A program made the translations under genes and the position numbers. Under the pieces are notes generated by a model. That model worked only from the letters and a program-made list of their open reading frames with translations, was not told the origin of the DNA and searched no databases. This document shows positions 26,801-41,270 of a DNA stretch of 50,001 nucleotides, in pieces (positions within the stretch are counted from its first letter, which is position 1; each line of letters starts with the position of its first letter). The stretch covers positions 1 to 50,001 of the forward strand of contig JYFJ02002837.1 of the NCBI GenBank assembly GCA_000934665.2, read 5' to 3'. Source of the stretch: Catajapyx aquilonaris. Lineage: Eukaryota.

Positions 26801-29800
26801 AAAAGCAATGAGAGGGAAATGGGGAACATGTGCCAAAAAAAAGTTTATGACAACAATTATACAACTACACTGTAATGACTGTGGTTGTGTAGCGCCAGGA
26901 TATCATTGTCAGAATTTTTAAAAAAGACACATGGGGAAAAAAATTCCGAATTTAACAGCCCATTTTAGCATTGGCGAATTTATTTTTCTGTTTTCCGGCT
27001 CAGCTCCATTACTGCCAACGGTTGCGGTTAGGAAAGAGGATTGGGCAGTTTGAATGTAATCCGAGTTGAAGTGCTACCGGATATTAAAAAATCGATTGCA
27101 GTTTGCACTTTTAAAACAGAGTGGCCACTTGTGAAGAGCAAATATACATTTTTGTGCAAGAACATTTCCCCTCCCTTGTCCGTTGTATAACCTCTTTTGG
27201 GAGGTAAAGTCTTGGAAAAAGGCTGTGGAAAGAGTGTGTCGCCAGAAAAAGGAGACTAGTGAATCAAAAGTGGTCCCCGGAACTCAATGCGCAGCGCACA
27301 ATTTTCCTTGAGCTTCAAAAGACCTGGATCATCCTTTCTGAGCCACGGTGAGGAAGTCATCGGGAAAACCTCTGGGGTCGAACCACAGGCACGTGCTTAG
27401 TAGACTATATCTTTCCTCTGAACTTCACAGGAAACACTGTCTTTGCTAAATTGTATCCGTTGGAATGTAAGAGGGAGAAAGTCTTTCATGAAAGCATGCA
27501 AATCGAAATATTATTGTCCATATTTAACCTGCACTTTAAAATATACTTTACTATGTTTTTAAATGGAAGCAACAATTTCTCTTGCTAATTAGCATACTTC
27601 GGCTTTTCAAAAAACAAGGCGGCTAATGATCCAATTAGGATGCTAACATTGAGGCAGTGCACATATTTTTCTTAAAAACCAACTTTCTTATTTGTAACTT
27701 ACAGAAGTCAGTAGAGTCACGAGTATATGCCAAAATGTTTTTTCACATAAATATGCATCCATCGGGCAATCTTTGTAATTAATGAGGCACATATTAAAAG
27801 GCAGACAATAATATTTGGCATATGACACAGTGAATGCGACTCACTGTCCCATAAAAGTAACGTTTTAAAGTTGAATTTTGCCTCCCTTTTGCACCTGTTT
27901 ACGTCACCAGTTTGTAAATACCGTAGGATATAATATAATAAAACAGTACCTCGTACTTCGCTGCTATATGAAGTATTTTAAAATACGTCAATTAGGCTGT
28001 CTTGGCTCACAGCTGCAGTTAGACCGCACTACTAATTTGCACTTGTCCTTTTAGTATACTGTAAGAACCATAGCCTCCTATTTACGTTTCATGGTCGTAT
28101 CTATCACACTGATAAGTAATTTATTAATGCAACCTACACAGGAGCACTCCTACAATAATTGTGAGGCTGAAAATGTCTTTAGCTTTATTACTATTTAATG
28201 ACATTGTTAATTCATGCTTTACATGCCTGTTTGCCTTACATTACATAATTCATGCCTTCGTGCTTGTAACAACCTGAGCACCGTTCATTATTTTATTTGA
28301 CTTCACAATATTTTTACATGATGTATACAGTTTTCATTGTAAATGTGGATAAACAGTACTTGAACAGCAAAATAACACAATAATACACCCACGCGTCTTT
28401 TAAAATCATTCAACCTGCCATTACTTCTCGATAAAAATTACGACATATTCTGCACTTTAATTGCGTGTGACAGTTATTTTTAAAATGATACGGTATGGCA
28501 AAATGGTCATGATTTTAATATCTCTAGTCCCACGGCAATGTACTGTTGGAGAGTGTCATGTTAGCAATAAAAAAATTATCGTCTGACACAAACCTTCCGA
28601 TAACTGCACGCAGGCACATATTTTATGGCAAATGCGGACTACTTTAATGCTGTGATTACATTTTTTACATTATCGATATCAGTTTCAGTTGTCAACAAAT
28701 TGCCAACATTTTGCGCCTAAATGTCATGCGTCCCGCAGCACAACAAAGACACTTAGGTTGCATAGAAGTTAGGATAATGTCCATTCGTCCAGTAAACTAT
28801 GACGAAGTTGATAATGTTTCAAAGTTTCTAGAATATATTGTAATACCCCGTTATAGGGACTTGTTGTAATATTACTGCAGGGCTTACAAAGGAAGAACAA
28901 TGACACAAGCGAAGCAAGAATGGTCGGGACCTTACTTTAGGGCTAGTGTTCTGTACATGTGAGCATGTTTCTATTATACATTATTAAAGCATTTTTGGTA
29001 TGCAATATTATAGGTGGAATATTCTAAAGGACTTGATTCAGGCCAGACGTCCTTTCCAGAACACACTAATACTGTAGGTATGATACGTTCGAGGCGCTTA
29101 ATTAATGCTTAGTTAACAACTTTGGTATTTGATTTCCGCCTGCATTAATTTCCGTGAGTGGCTAAAATCTGCCTCTCATCCCAGGACGAATTTATTAGTA
29201 ATTAACCGCATATTTATTACAACTATGCAACCATACTGAATTCCTAATATCGTGACGGCAACCGAGACTTTATAAATGCCAAAAAGGTGCGAATTATGCA
29301 GTGCTATTCAGCATGATTTGCATTTCAAAACAGGCCTTGTATGCTTTGATTAAAATATAGCTGGCGTATTTTATTTGCCATCGGGTTGAATCAAATTTGC
29401 AGAATCGCCATTGATTTTGCTCGTAGCTGCTTTTATCTATAAAAAAACCGCCTGAACAACCCGTGTGATGACCTTACCTAATTTTCTTTCTGAATCTATT
29501 CAATCGCAGAAGTCTTTGATGAACAGACTGAAGGGGAAATCCACCAAACGCATTGAGCCAATCTGTTCTTTCCATGGTCTTCATGCATCAAACATGAAAC
29601 GAGATTTTCCCAACTGTTCGACAGGAAGTAAGAAGACGATCTCATTTTCATAGTGATAACATTTCTGGTATTAAAGGTCGTCGCATGTATGGAATCCCAT
29701 TAATAATGGAAAGGTCTTAACCCGAAATAATATACTCCTGGGAGTTATGGTCGTTATTATGAAGACTTTGAACAAGGAAGTTTGGAACCATTAAGCAAGT

Positions 29801-32800
29801 TGGCTCATTTTTATAGATTGTTGGCACTATCAACCGGTTTAACGAGCACCAACAATGACGACATGCGAATAATTCCCTTAAACAATTCATACCACTTTTT
29901 TTTCCATGTTCTACCTGAACTTTGGGTTTGTACGACAATTTCACCTACCAAGGAAGTTAAAGCGAAGGAATACAAGGTACGATGTAACACGAATTAACAA
30001 CAGCGAAAGCATGAATTCACTTTCCGTTCTGCCATAAGCTAATTGCGAAATTCGAGTTACACAGAGCTATATGCAATTGCAGAGAATTACACTGTTTCTG
30101 GGTAATGAAATACGAGAAGTGGCAACCTCAGTTTCGGTTTGACGCAATTTGCGTCGTTTCCTCGTCTTGGTTTTATTCAATTTCCTTCCATCCTCGGCTT
30201 CCTTCCTTCGCAACTGCTCCCCTGGAAATGGGGCTGCAATGGTTAGTATCCCCACTTCCTACTATTCTTGTCCTTTATGTAGACAGCATTTTGCGACAAG
30301 ATGAATGTCATGTCCGGAAACTTGAATTCATGGGGGAACTGTTGGGAAATTAATTAGAATGCTGTCCCGGTCTTCCTTCTGGAGACATCTGCGCAATTAA
30401 GAAGTTGAGGACACGGTACTCACCACAAGCATCGTTAAAAACTTAATGATTGTGTTTCGTACAGACTAATGAACGATACAGGTTTTCATAGCTTTCCAAT
30501 GCGAGCATATAATGTCGCGCACCATTTGGACGAGTTGAGATATACACGTGGGGGATATCACCTAATTAGGCCAAATGAGGTACCCCGACACTTTGAGCGT
30601 ATTAATTACAAGTCACATGACGCGTGGTTTGTTTATTGCAGGTAATAGCGAGCGTAATGCGACATTAGTAACAATCGGTTGATAATCGTAACCACAGTTT
30701 TGGGAGCCTCATCAGTGAAGTCGACTCGATGATAGCCGCTATCAGTGTACATTATTAATTAACTAGTTATTTGATTAATTCCGAATATGAGCGACTGATG
30801 GTGGAAAATGCACATCTCGATCGTACCTTTCAGAGTCACTGCAAAGTGAAGTTTATCTATAGTCGTAATTTATTCTGGAATTCATACTGAATAAATACAG
30901 AGGCAGGCACACCTGAGTGTCTAACTTTTTTGCAAAGGACTGTGCTTATCCATAAATATTCTTCTTTAATTGTCTGGCGGATCATGCTCGGCTGCGGTGC
31001 ACAGTGCATTTGAAAGTTTAATTACCTTGATTATGGAACCAAAATTAAAATGGAAAGGCAGCCTTTTATGCAGAGGGTCATTGCGAAGGATATTAAAACG
31101 TCACTTTAATGGCAGAAGTATTCCCGAGGTAACCTATTTCAACGGAATATTTTAACCTACTTAGCTCTGGGTCAAGTGTTTCGTAATGAATCACACCACA
31201 AAAGAAGAGAAGAGTTCTTACATTTTCTTTACGAATACTGCATAAATCATTAATTTTATAAATGCTTCTGAGGCTTTACTTTGCCTGCAATAAAAAGTGC
31301 AAACTCAGGTGCATTTCATATTTTCAGGGAATAATTACTTTAATGGGAAAACCCACATTAGCATAAAATGTGGCCTTGTGCTACATGTGTGCTTTAATTT
31401 CTAAGCAAAATTTTGTCTCCAATAGAACAGTTAACTGGTGCATTTTTTTTGCATTTTAAATGCCTGTTACATAAAAGCTTAATAATTCTGATTCTTCTTG
31501 TAACAAACCAGATGCTTACGGGCATATTCGTGTTGGTATCCATAGCAATGTTATCGAGGCACTTAAGCAGGATCGTGTGCGCGTCAGAAGGCCCATTTCC
31601 GCTATCTACATAAAAGTATACGATGAAAATATTCATGAAACTGCACGACAAAAGACGGAAGTTTAGGACATTTTTCAGAAAATATTTAAAAAAAACTAGC
31701 ATTATGACAATGACAGGTCTGGGAACTTGGCCAAAACGTCGATAGACTGGTCAAAGAGAGAAATCATACACAATGTTCACAAGCTACCAATTTATGAAAG
31801 CAAGACGTCACAGATAACCATCAGTATTAATCGATAAGAGTAGAAGTCGAAATAAATTGAATTAATGACATTAAAAGAAGAATATCAAATTTTTTGTTAT
31901 AAGGATTGTATTGTATACGCACTTGGACCTTGTGTATATAGGCATCATTATGCGATTTGTCACATATTTATAGAGTCTGTACTATTTTCTCTCGTTGCAC
32001 TGTAATTGTAATTGGGGTTAACAATGCTGTTCCTGCAGCAAATAGCGGCACAACCAGTCTCTCGTTTGCGAGAAGCATTTCGTGGCAGTCAAGGTATCCA
32101 ATTAGGTAAACACATGATTGGACATGTGCATGTCTTCATTACAACTGTTTCAGCTCATCTTCGTTGACATATATTCCTCCGCTTGTCATGCTTGCAGCTC
32201 ACGAATTCGTTGACGGCGGCACTATGTTAATATCAACGTTGCCTGTAATGATTACCTGGTTGAAAGTTTGCTCTTTTTTTTTTGCCTTGATACAGGCTTC
32301 CTGAAGGTGCCGTGCAAAATGTATGTACTGTATAACGAGAGTTAATCAAACTCCAAGTTTAGTAAAATTGTGCACATTCGTTTAATGCAACTTGGACAGA
32401 TTTGGTTAAAAAATTGAGTTACTGCTGCTGTGACCAGGATTTGCATGGCAAACCACCTTCAGTGGGAAAAAGTAATAACAAAGCCTAAAACAGTAATAGT
32501 CTACTTGTGTACTGCAACTTCCTCATATTTGGTGAGACAGGAGCCGATGAATTTTAAAATCGCGAATTTCGCGGATAACCATCCACCATTGCTTTTTACC
32601 ATAGAATCATTGCAATGAGATTGAACTGATAATCAAATCCGCGGATAGAATGATTAAATTAAGGGCCGTGAGACCCCGACTTTGCCTCCATTAAAAAGTG
32701 ATTGTCAGAATATTTCAGGCCGTCTGTAACGGCCTGTAATTGTGTTGAGTTACGCTCCTCGGCCACCACGCTGTAATTTATTTCTAAAAATCGACAGCAA

Positions 32801-33031
32801 GGTATCGCGAACCATAAGCTGCTGAAGCCTACAGTAAATCCGCTTTGAAGAAGTGCTGTCAGCTGAAGTATTGGATTAGAGGCTAAAAATGTCTAATCAA
32901 ATTAATAGTTGGTAAACTCTGAGGAAATGCAAGTGTCAGGAAGGTAATCTCTTCGGGATCGCAATAACGTCATACCAGGTGGTCTGCTGAACAGATACAA
33001 CCCGTTTTAGAATAGAGCTGCCCTTGGCTTG

Positions 33032-33068
33032 TACAGGGTGAGTCAGAACTGTACTGACTCACTCTGTA
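33032..33068. mobile_element. Minimal Tc1/mariner-type inverted-repeat remnant (37 bp)
   Basis: tacagggtgagtcag ... ctgactcactctgta: 15-nt arms, 1 mismatch, TA at both ends. Confidence 0.5.
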
Positions 33069-36000
33069 TATCAGCTTACTTTCATGCGACAGGCGTGGGA
33101 CACAAATTCATTAGCAATACGCTACATTAGCCATGATTACATCTGACATTCAATTATTTAATAGGTGGCGCCTCCAAAGTCGAAACATAATGAGGAAGTA
33201 GTTGCTACTATGCTTGTTCTATACGCAGCTCTCGTGCTCCTGTTTGCTGCCTCATGATAAATAAAGGCTTATGCTATATACTATGTTTCCTGCCTCAAGA
33301 AACAACCTTCGAGACACTTCCGTCGGACCTTATCGCTTTGTTACGTAAACATAAGATAAGTCACAAATGCGAAAATAGCGAACCTTTGAATAATTCTGCT
33401 TCAGACAAATGTACCTTTAGCCACGCAAGGCATCACTCATCCTCCCTGACCCCACTTCAGCATTCATGTCTCTCGGAATTTGGCCCCCCCTAGTATGTGG
33501 CTGGGACTGGAACGTTATTTGCAGGGAAAATATGGTCCACGATACCTGACGAAAAAATTAATAATCCCATTCCGACGCAGGATTCCTCTTGGTCGTAATG
33601 CAAAATGAAGCGGTCAAGAACCGCCGGCACTGCCATTAATTGCACCACCGTGATTAAAATCTCTTGGCTGGTTCGGTTTTCTGGCACAGACCAGCAGCCA
33701 GCAGCTGTTCCGGCTGAAGATGTAGAGCAGCATTAAAATGTATCAGCCTAACTACCATGGTAAACTTGCTGAGAAACCCCATGTTAGGCTTTTTATAGTG
33801 TTGTCTGAACACTGTGCCAAGAGTTTACAAATTGGGGTGTCAGACTGAGTAACATATTTATAAACCTGAAATTATGGTCATTAATTAATGTTTTGGTGTC
33901 ATCAGTGTCATTACAAGGTTTGAACCATATTGATAGTGGCAGCTTAATTCCACCTTTGAGGTCTTCGTGTCGGGAAATGATCGCAGATATTTCTTCCCGT
34001 AATTTCATGGGTTTTTCCGGAGTTCTTCAGCCTCCTCCCGACCTGTATAAAATGCATCGGCACATCTGATCGATAAAGTCAGTTAGATATACAGTAAAAT
34101 CCTTCTCGACTCTGAATAGCCGGCTTCCATCATATAGCATAAGGCCACACAGTATGGCTCACATGGGAAGTTTTATTCCAACATAAACAACAGTAACGTC
34201 TTGCACATGATGGTTTTGCCATACAAAACCTGGAGGCTCTTTCCTATATAACGTTTCCATCATACTTTGTTCTATAGCTAAGATCAATATCGAGCAGCTC
34301 CCTTTATACGATATCTTGTACACTCCACAGGAACAATGCCAGGTTCTGTCCAAAGTCCTCAGTTCAAGACCGGAGTATGTGAAGAAGTTGCTGATTACAA
34401 CAGTCACAAGTGTATTTTTAAACGAATTGCTAAAGTAACATTTACACTCGAGAGACTTGGAAAGTGCTTACATTTTTGCCAATGAATTTTTATGGATAAT
34501 AATGAGTCGAAAATCAATTCATGTAAGTGCACTCTCGAATATGATGCCCTGACAGCCAGGCAAAATATTATCTGGCCGTGATCCCCATTGCGAGCCTGCA
34601 TGGACCAAACCCCGACCCAAAATATGGAATGTGGATTTAACGCTCGACGACATCTAGCACCGACATCACTGCTTTTGAGTACCGGACCGAAGTACCGGAA
34701 TATGACAATTTATCCCTCGACAACATCGTTTGTGGAGGTGGAGTAGACGAGGAACTGAGAGTTATTAGGTTGGAGGCGTGATGATAGGCGGGTAACACGA
34801 AGCGAGAGGGAAATTGTGTTTTAGGAGGCGAATTGCTCCACAAGGAACCTCTTTGTAGCCATTCGGCAATACCTTCCATCCTCCATTCTAGCACTCACCT
34901 TGATCTCAGCGATTCTCATTTCGAAAGCAATTATGCCCGTATTCTAGGTCTCACTCCGGGGTCTGGAAGGGAAGATTCGTCCTGTTCCTTCGCCTCGACT
35001 AATTATTGCTCATTCATTGACTATATCTTGGCTTGAAAAGCAACATTCATTACGCTTAAGGCGTTCCTGTAAGACGATTCCTGTGTCACAGGAGAATGTA
35101 TTTCGCACCCAAACTAAACTGGAGCTTAGGAATATTTATGCAGGAAGATTTTTTTTTGCATATTAAAGAAAAACTGAAACTGACTGTACGTGAAGGATTT
35201 TAGGCTATAAGAGGATCTGGGGGGTTCCAAGCCTCTGACACAAAATCACTTCTAGGGCAGGTTGTAGTGCGTTACAGAGCCGTCGACTGTAATTCTAGCA
35301 GCTGTGATGAAACCTGCTCTTCCTCGTTGTGCAAAAAAAGGGCGAATTTGCCTTTGGGGAATGTGAGCGCATTGTCAGCATACGCCGTGTCTCTGTGAAA
35401 TATTCAAGACTGAAGGATTACCTGGTGAATCGATACCGAGTCAAGTATTAAGTTGAAGCTAAGGGACCCTTTCTGACTTTTTCAAATAAAACATTGTTCA
35501 TGTTGAATGCGCTCATGAATATTGACTAGTGTTGTCGTGAAATATTTGCCTTCAATACATCGATAGTGTCTCTTTGTAAAAAAAAATCCATATACAGTAT
35601 GCCCATTCATAATAATCTGACCGTTATATGAAATCCAGTTACCCAAACCAGTATTGACAGCCCTGTAATTCTTGTGCTGGCTACCTCTTTAAAAACTACC
35701 GGACTGTAATCAGATTACTATCTTGATTTTTATCCCACTGTTATCATGGTATTACATTGCGCCATATTTCCTGGTATAGCTCAAGCAGCGCAATAAATGA
35801 AATGAAATCGGTAACAGAGTACTACGTAATATGTTCCGCCCACCACCTGTACACTACGCGAAGGCCAAAGCGCCAGTAAATATTTTATGTTAATGTACAG
35901 GACTACAATGGTCAACCTGCGTCGTACCCTATTCATAAAGTGAGAAGTACTTGCACCACACCGTCTGAATATTTTAACACCATTTCCGTCTCAACAGTTA

Positions 36001-36999
36001 CTAATGTGTTCCAACTCCACATTCGTAAGAACCGGATCATATGTTATTCAGAGAGGGCATGTGGTTTTGACCGATAACACCCTATCAATGTTTTCTTTCC
36101 GGAAGAGGATACGGTGACAACGTGGCTAATGTTAGTTGACAAGAAGTTTGTTTCACGTGTTCATATCGCAAGGTATACGATACACTCTAATTAATTTCTT
36201 GAAGCTACATTTGCAGGTTTGCATGACCTTTCACTTCGCAGGTCTATTTTAAGATTTTGCAAAATACTGCCTTGTGTTAATAAGCACTGCCCTAGAAATT
36301 GGGAGGGTTTATTTAAGCCGCAGCCCAAAATTAGACGTCAAGTTAAACGATTTAATACAGTGCCACATTATCCTCGTGGTGCCCATCCAAAAAAAAATGT
36401 TAGTGGATGGGGCCATGGGTGCTCCACTGCATTGTTGAATAGACGCATTCGCATTCAGCTCACGACCTAAATTGAGTCGACCACTCCCACGGCGTCACAA
36501 TATTATTTCCACATCTTTTCATAACTCTGCTGCCAGGAATTCACTGACAATACAGCTGGCCAGACTTAAATAGTGCAATCAATCGGTAAGTTGCAAAATA
36601 TTTTTATAGTCTGTCAGAATAAGCCAATTTTGCAGCTTGTAATAGAAAATATGCTGCGGGCGCCATCATATTTACATGTTAAAAGCTAGTTAAAAAGCTG
36701 TCTGGCAACTTCCGCGCAAATATGATAATCTAGGAAATTGGATGCAAACTTCTTTTTTTTCACCTCGAACTACATTTTTTGCGCAATTGAAATAACTGGG
36801 TAGAAACTTGATCAAAAGAACCAGAATTAAGATCAGAATTGTTATGCCAGGCACGGAATGGCGTCACACTGCGCATGTTGTATACTTTACGGTCTTCATC
36901 TATGCAAATAATGCCAAAATCTGGCGAACTTTAGCAAATTGGCTTACTTTGTCACCAGGAGTGACTGAGTGAACAGCACTTAATAGAGTCTGGGCCTCT

Positions 37000-38500
37000 A
37001 ATGCATATCTCCAGCAGAGCCTAAACCGTGTGTGCGTCTTTCCTCGAGGCGGGTCCGGAAAGGCTTCAAAAAGGCCAAAATCAATTCTGAATATTGATAC
37101 TTTCGGGAAGCGTGGTTGCAAGTCTCGGCTTTTCTCCGCATGTTTGCATATTCCCATTTGCAAATACAAGTGGGAAAGGTGTGCGAATGGGTTTCCTTCA
37201 CACCCATTTTTGCTGTTCTCAAGAAACCGAGAGCGTCTTTTGCTAAAAGTAGAGGATTTGCAGGCAGCATGTATAAAAATGCGAAGAGTGTAAATAATGG
37301 CAACAGGCATAAGACATGTTCCGTATTCTGAACAATGCAGTGTCACTGGATCTACTCTGATGCCAGGACACGACCTCATATATTCAGGGCCATGGGGGCT
37401 CACAAGAATAAGCCATCGACTGCACTGTGTTGCGACAGAATTGCAGTTTATGTCAGGTCGATGAGTAGACATTTGTCATAGTTGTGCACACACAACATGT
37501 GCCAATTACATTCGCCTTGTTCAAGTCAGCGCATGTAGTCATTTCCGATTTTATGTACCGCCTTTTCGCTTCTGAAATCAAAAAAGCAACTGGTGTCACA
37601 TATGGATTTTGGAATATGTGTCCTGAAAGCAGCACGAGATCTCTCATAATGTAATCAATATCATCATAAGACTCTGATGTCATTGTATTACTATGCTAAC
37701 TTATCTTGCAGAAAATTTAGAAGATGTCATAATGCAATCAACGTAATGAACTCCGCTGTCATTGTACTAACTTGTCATCTTGGATTTAGACACTTATTCA
37801 CCGTTCAATTGGGATGCGACGCAAAATATTTCTACCAAGTATCCTGCGCAGCGTGAGGGCACAGGTCCAGTGTAATCATCCCAGATTGCTCCTTTCATCT
37901 GCCACCGTAATATCCCTTCCTTTTTTCCCGCTAGAGGCTAGATGAAGTGCGTTGGTCAACTTGTTCACGATATATCAGCAGTATCACGAACGTTCATCCC
38001 AGTTCTGTTTACATTCTTGTTCGTCGCTATTATATGGAATTTCCTCCCTGATAACTAGCATTATGTCACCCAATGAAACGCTTCTGAACACGACAATATC
38101 AAAACTTCGATTTGTGTGCTCGGGGTGGTTAAACCCGGAATTAATTAGCATATCTTTGGCATTGCTTATATCTTGTATGAAAAAGTAATGTGCAAAATGT
38201 GGCTAACGTTAAGTTTCCAACTGTGAGCAGCCTATAGTTTACGTTGAAAGGCCGAAAAGTCTGCCTATTCAGCAACCCTCCCTTAAAGTTTCTGCCACTA
38301 AAGATTGACATCACAATGGCGACAGCGGCTTTCAACAATACCGACACAAAGGGCTTGTGACGTTCTTTGGTTGCAGGAACCACACCTGCAACAGACTTTC
38401 GCGCACATTTTCCAGACTACAACACTCACCAAACAATGAGCCAAGTTTGCTAAAGTCTCTCCTTCTGTAAACAATGCAGAGCTAATGCAATAATTTTCTT
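37000..38500 (-). mobile_element. Probable heavily decayed Mutator-like transposase remnant (boundaries approximate)
   Basis: Frameshifted fragments in the expected order: CGSC...CRHC, FNVNYRL...LATFC, DIRV/SYD, CCVC, ICKWEYAN. They resemble recalled animal Mutator-like motifs (CxxC..CxxC, (Y/F)xVNxR, DIxVSxDGxW, KxECxxH). No TIRs identified. Confidence 0.35.
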
Positions 38501-40890
38501 TCAACCCCATCACGTGGTTCGTGCTCATTCTTTAATTGTTTCGCACATCTCGAAAGTCCCATTGCACTTTTTTTTTAAACTAAAAATGCCAAACTTGTTA
38601 ACTCACTGCCAACAATGCATTTTAATCCTCCACCATCGTTGAACCAACAAGAAAATGTGTACTCACCCATGATCCTCATAGTATGAGGTGGTCTGCCTCT
38701 GGGGCCGGTCCTCGCGCCACTGAAACCGACCAAAACTCCAGCTCCTCCCTTCCTTTTCCACCCCCCCATCAACCCAACGCCCCCCACACCACCCCCCCCC
38801 CAACCAAAAAGCGCCCCCCGTGCATTCAGGTGGAGAGACTAGAGCTAGCTGCTGGGGGCTGCACAACCCGCTTGGAAGTGGCGCCTCCACAGCGCCACAT
38901 CGATCCCCCCACCATATCCTACAAAAACCCTCTCCAATATTTTTTCAATCCAAAATTACACACTGTAGCATTTTTTCTAGGTGTATAACAATGTCTTATT
39001 GTTACCTGCGTATACAAGAAGTGATGCAAGGTTTTTGCGTGATTCGATGTGATTAAATGTGGGTGTAAAATAGAATGGGGGCGAGGTTGAAACTTTGCGT
39101 GAGGGATATCTACCCAAAATGAGGGTAGGGTAGGGGGGGGGAGGCCTTTTGTATTGGGGAAGCTTTAGATGGGCCATTAGCATCGGTATGGGGTGGTCAA
39201 TCTATTCGCGATTTTATTATAGACTCATTAGACTAACAATAGGCAAAAAAAGCAGACTCGCTAAAACCACACAATGACATGCTGTGTCATTACCATTGGT
39301 CGGATTAAAGTATGCCGTAGTGGACATGCTATTTTTTGGACGTATCGGTGTGTAATTATTGAATAATTAGTTGCTGTTAGAGATTTCCACACATTTCGGT
39401 AGTAAATTTACATACTGAAGTTATTTTTAAAAAACCATTTGAATTATCAGCAATGTTAGGTTATGGAAAATTATTCATGCTGACACTGACTTTCAATGGA
39501 TTGTAAAGAAATGTTTTCAGTAACTTAGTAGCAGTTTGCGTATATTTACTAAAAGTAGGTCTAAAGTTAGTTACTGCTGAAAAATAGTCTGAAAAAAGCC
39601 TCTAACTAAAACGCACTGCATGGAAAAATCACAGTGGAGGCCTACTGTGAATGTGTACACGAGTTTAAAATTTTACAATATTTGTTGAACAGTGTCAATA
39701 TCATTCAGAAAGTATTGCACGATCGATAATTTTTTTGTGCTTCTCCATATTTTGTTCAAAAGCAAAAATCTTCTTTGCAAAGGGCCCTGTACTGCGAGAA
39801 GATGATGGATGTCAATTAGGTTGATATGCACCTAAACAGCCACCGTCAACTGAGCAGGTTATGAATAGTTGATGGGTGTAAACTGCATTTCACCCTAATT
39901 GGCATGTACCCTTTTTGCAAAAAAAAGATTGCAACAGTGCAGCTTTCAGATCGCAAGTGCTCCATGCCCGGATATTATTTATGGACGTACGTATACATCA
40001 ATGACCGCTTCCGACCCTTCAGTTTATCAGACATCATAATGCTCACAACATACACTGATGATGCCAAAAAGTTGAAACATTAGACAAAGGGAAATAGTAA
40101 CGCCCACCCTGCAGTATTTTGCAGCACGCTGACTACAATTTGCATTAACAGTGGGAACCAAATTAAAAAGTTTGCAAGTGAAATGGATCCTCTTCACCAC
40201 TTTCCTTCTGGGTGTTCCTAAAACAACCACACTTCTCCCATTGGGTATTCACAACATTTTATAGTTTTAAAACATCCGCATGAGTGCCTCTGTGTGCCAA
40301 CATCCTATAGTGGTCAGCTTCATTCGTCGCGCTCTCTGAACCCAAAGCTCAGTCTTTTCCACAGCACAATCCCACAAAACTATTTCACTTTAGTATTTCA
40401 AGTGCAATTCGCTACCTCGTGAAATTAGGCTTGAATGTTTGTGGAAGTTGGGTTAAACTCTCTGCAGGGTTGGATCACACCTCAGTGCTCTCGGAATATC
40501 CTCCAGTGTCACACAACATGTGGAGGTTTTCCTTGTGTCCAATGGAGTGCTGCTATGGTATTGGCAAGGCGACCATCATCAGAGACATGGTGAGAGTTGA
40601 CGCACCTGGGGAAAAGGCGGGCACGTCGTATTCCAGGATAATTTTACGCTACCAAGTTTCCAGATTATGCATTAGAGAATAATTTCCCGCGGGATGATGC
40701 TGACTGCCAACTTGGCCACGACGCAAAGCGTATGAGCTTAATCATCATTTGGCTGCTGCCCTATATGACTCCGTGCCTTAATTCAAGCACTCCAAATTAT
40801 ACTGATGTCTCTTGCTGCTGTTTTGTGTAAAGTATTTATGTCACTTTGTAAAAACTCGGAATATGCAGACATTGCCGTGATGATATTTAC

Positions 40891-41270
40891 CACAATGTTC
40901 ATCAGCACGAAAATCAATTTTGCGGTACTGTTGGCCAAGAGCAACGTGCGTTCGGTGAGAACCAGATGCGCTCTCTCATGTAGACGCCTATTGGCCCTGG
41001 CCTTTTCCCAGTCGGAATCTCTCTTTTGCTTATAAGCGACCCAAAACTTCTCGTGCATCTTCACAGTCTTTTCGTTCAAGCCTTCTGCTCCAGAGGAGAG
41101 ACATAAACTGTAGTCATTGGACTGTATGGACGGTGAAATCCTAATCAGCAGTCCTAGTAATCCTAAGTCCTAATAGCGTGTTGATAAGCATGTTGTAAGA
41201 CAAGATGTCTCACTTTAACTTGGTTCAGGAGATCTCTGACTTCCTTCATCGGAGTCCAGTAGTTGCCAGT
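40891..41270 (-). pseudogene. Unknown-family paralogue A, internally deleted (exon-1-like segment directly next to exon-5-like segment)
   Basis: ~41270-41214 encodes TGNYWTPMKEVRDLLNQVK (B exon 1: TGEYWNMLKEASEILGNVR). After only 44 nt, 41169-40891 encodes LLIRISPSIQSNDYS...HEKFWVAYKQKRDSDWEKARAN...LMNIV. The upstream ATGs are out of frame. 40991-41056 is colinear and highly similar to 42541-42606. Confidence 0.6.

Noticed and set aside
38575..39183. C-rich/G-rich region with Pro/Gly-rich ORFs
   Set aside because: Low complexity; no supportable coding or element boundaries.
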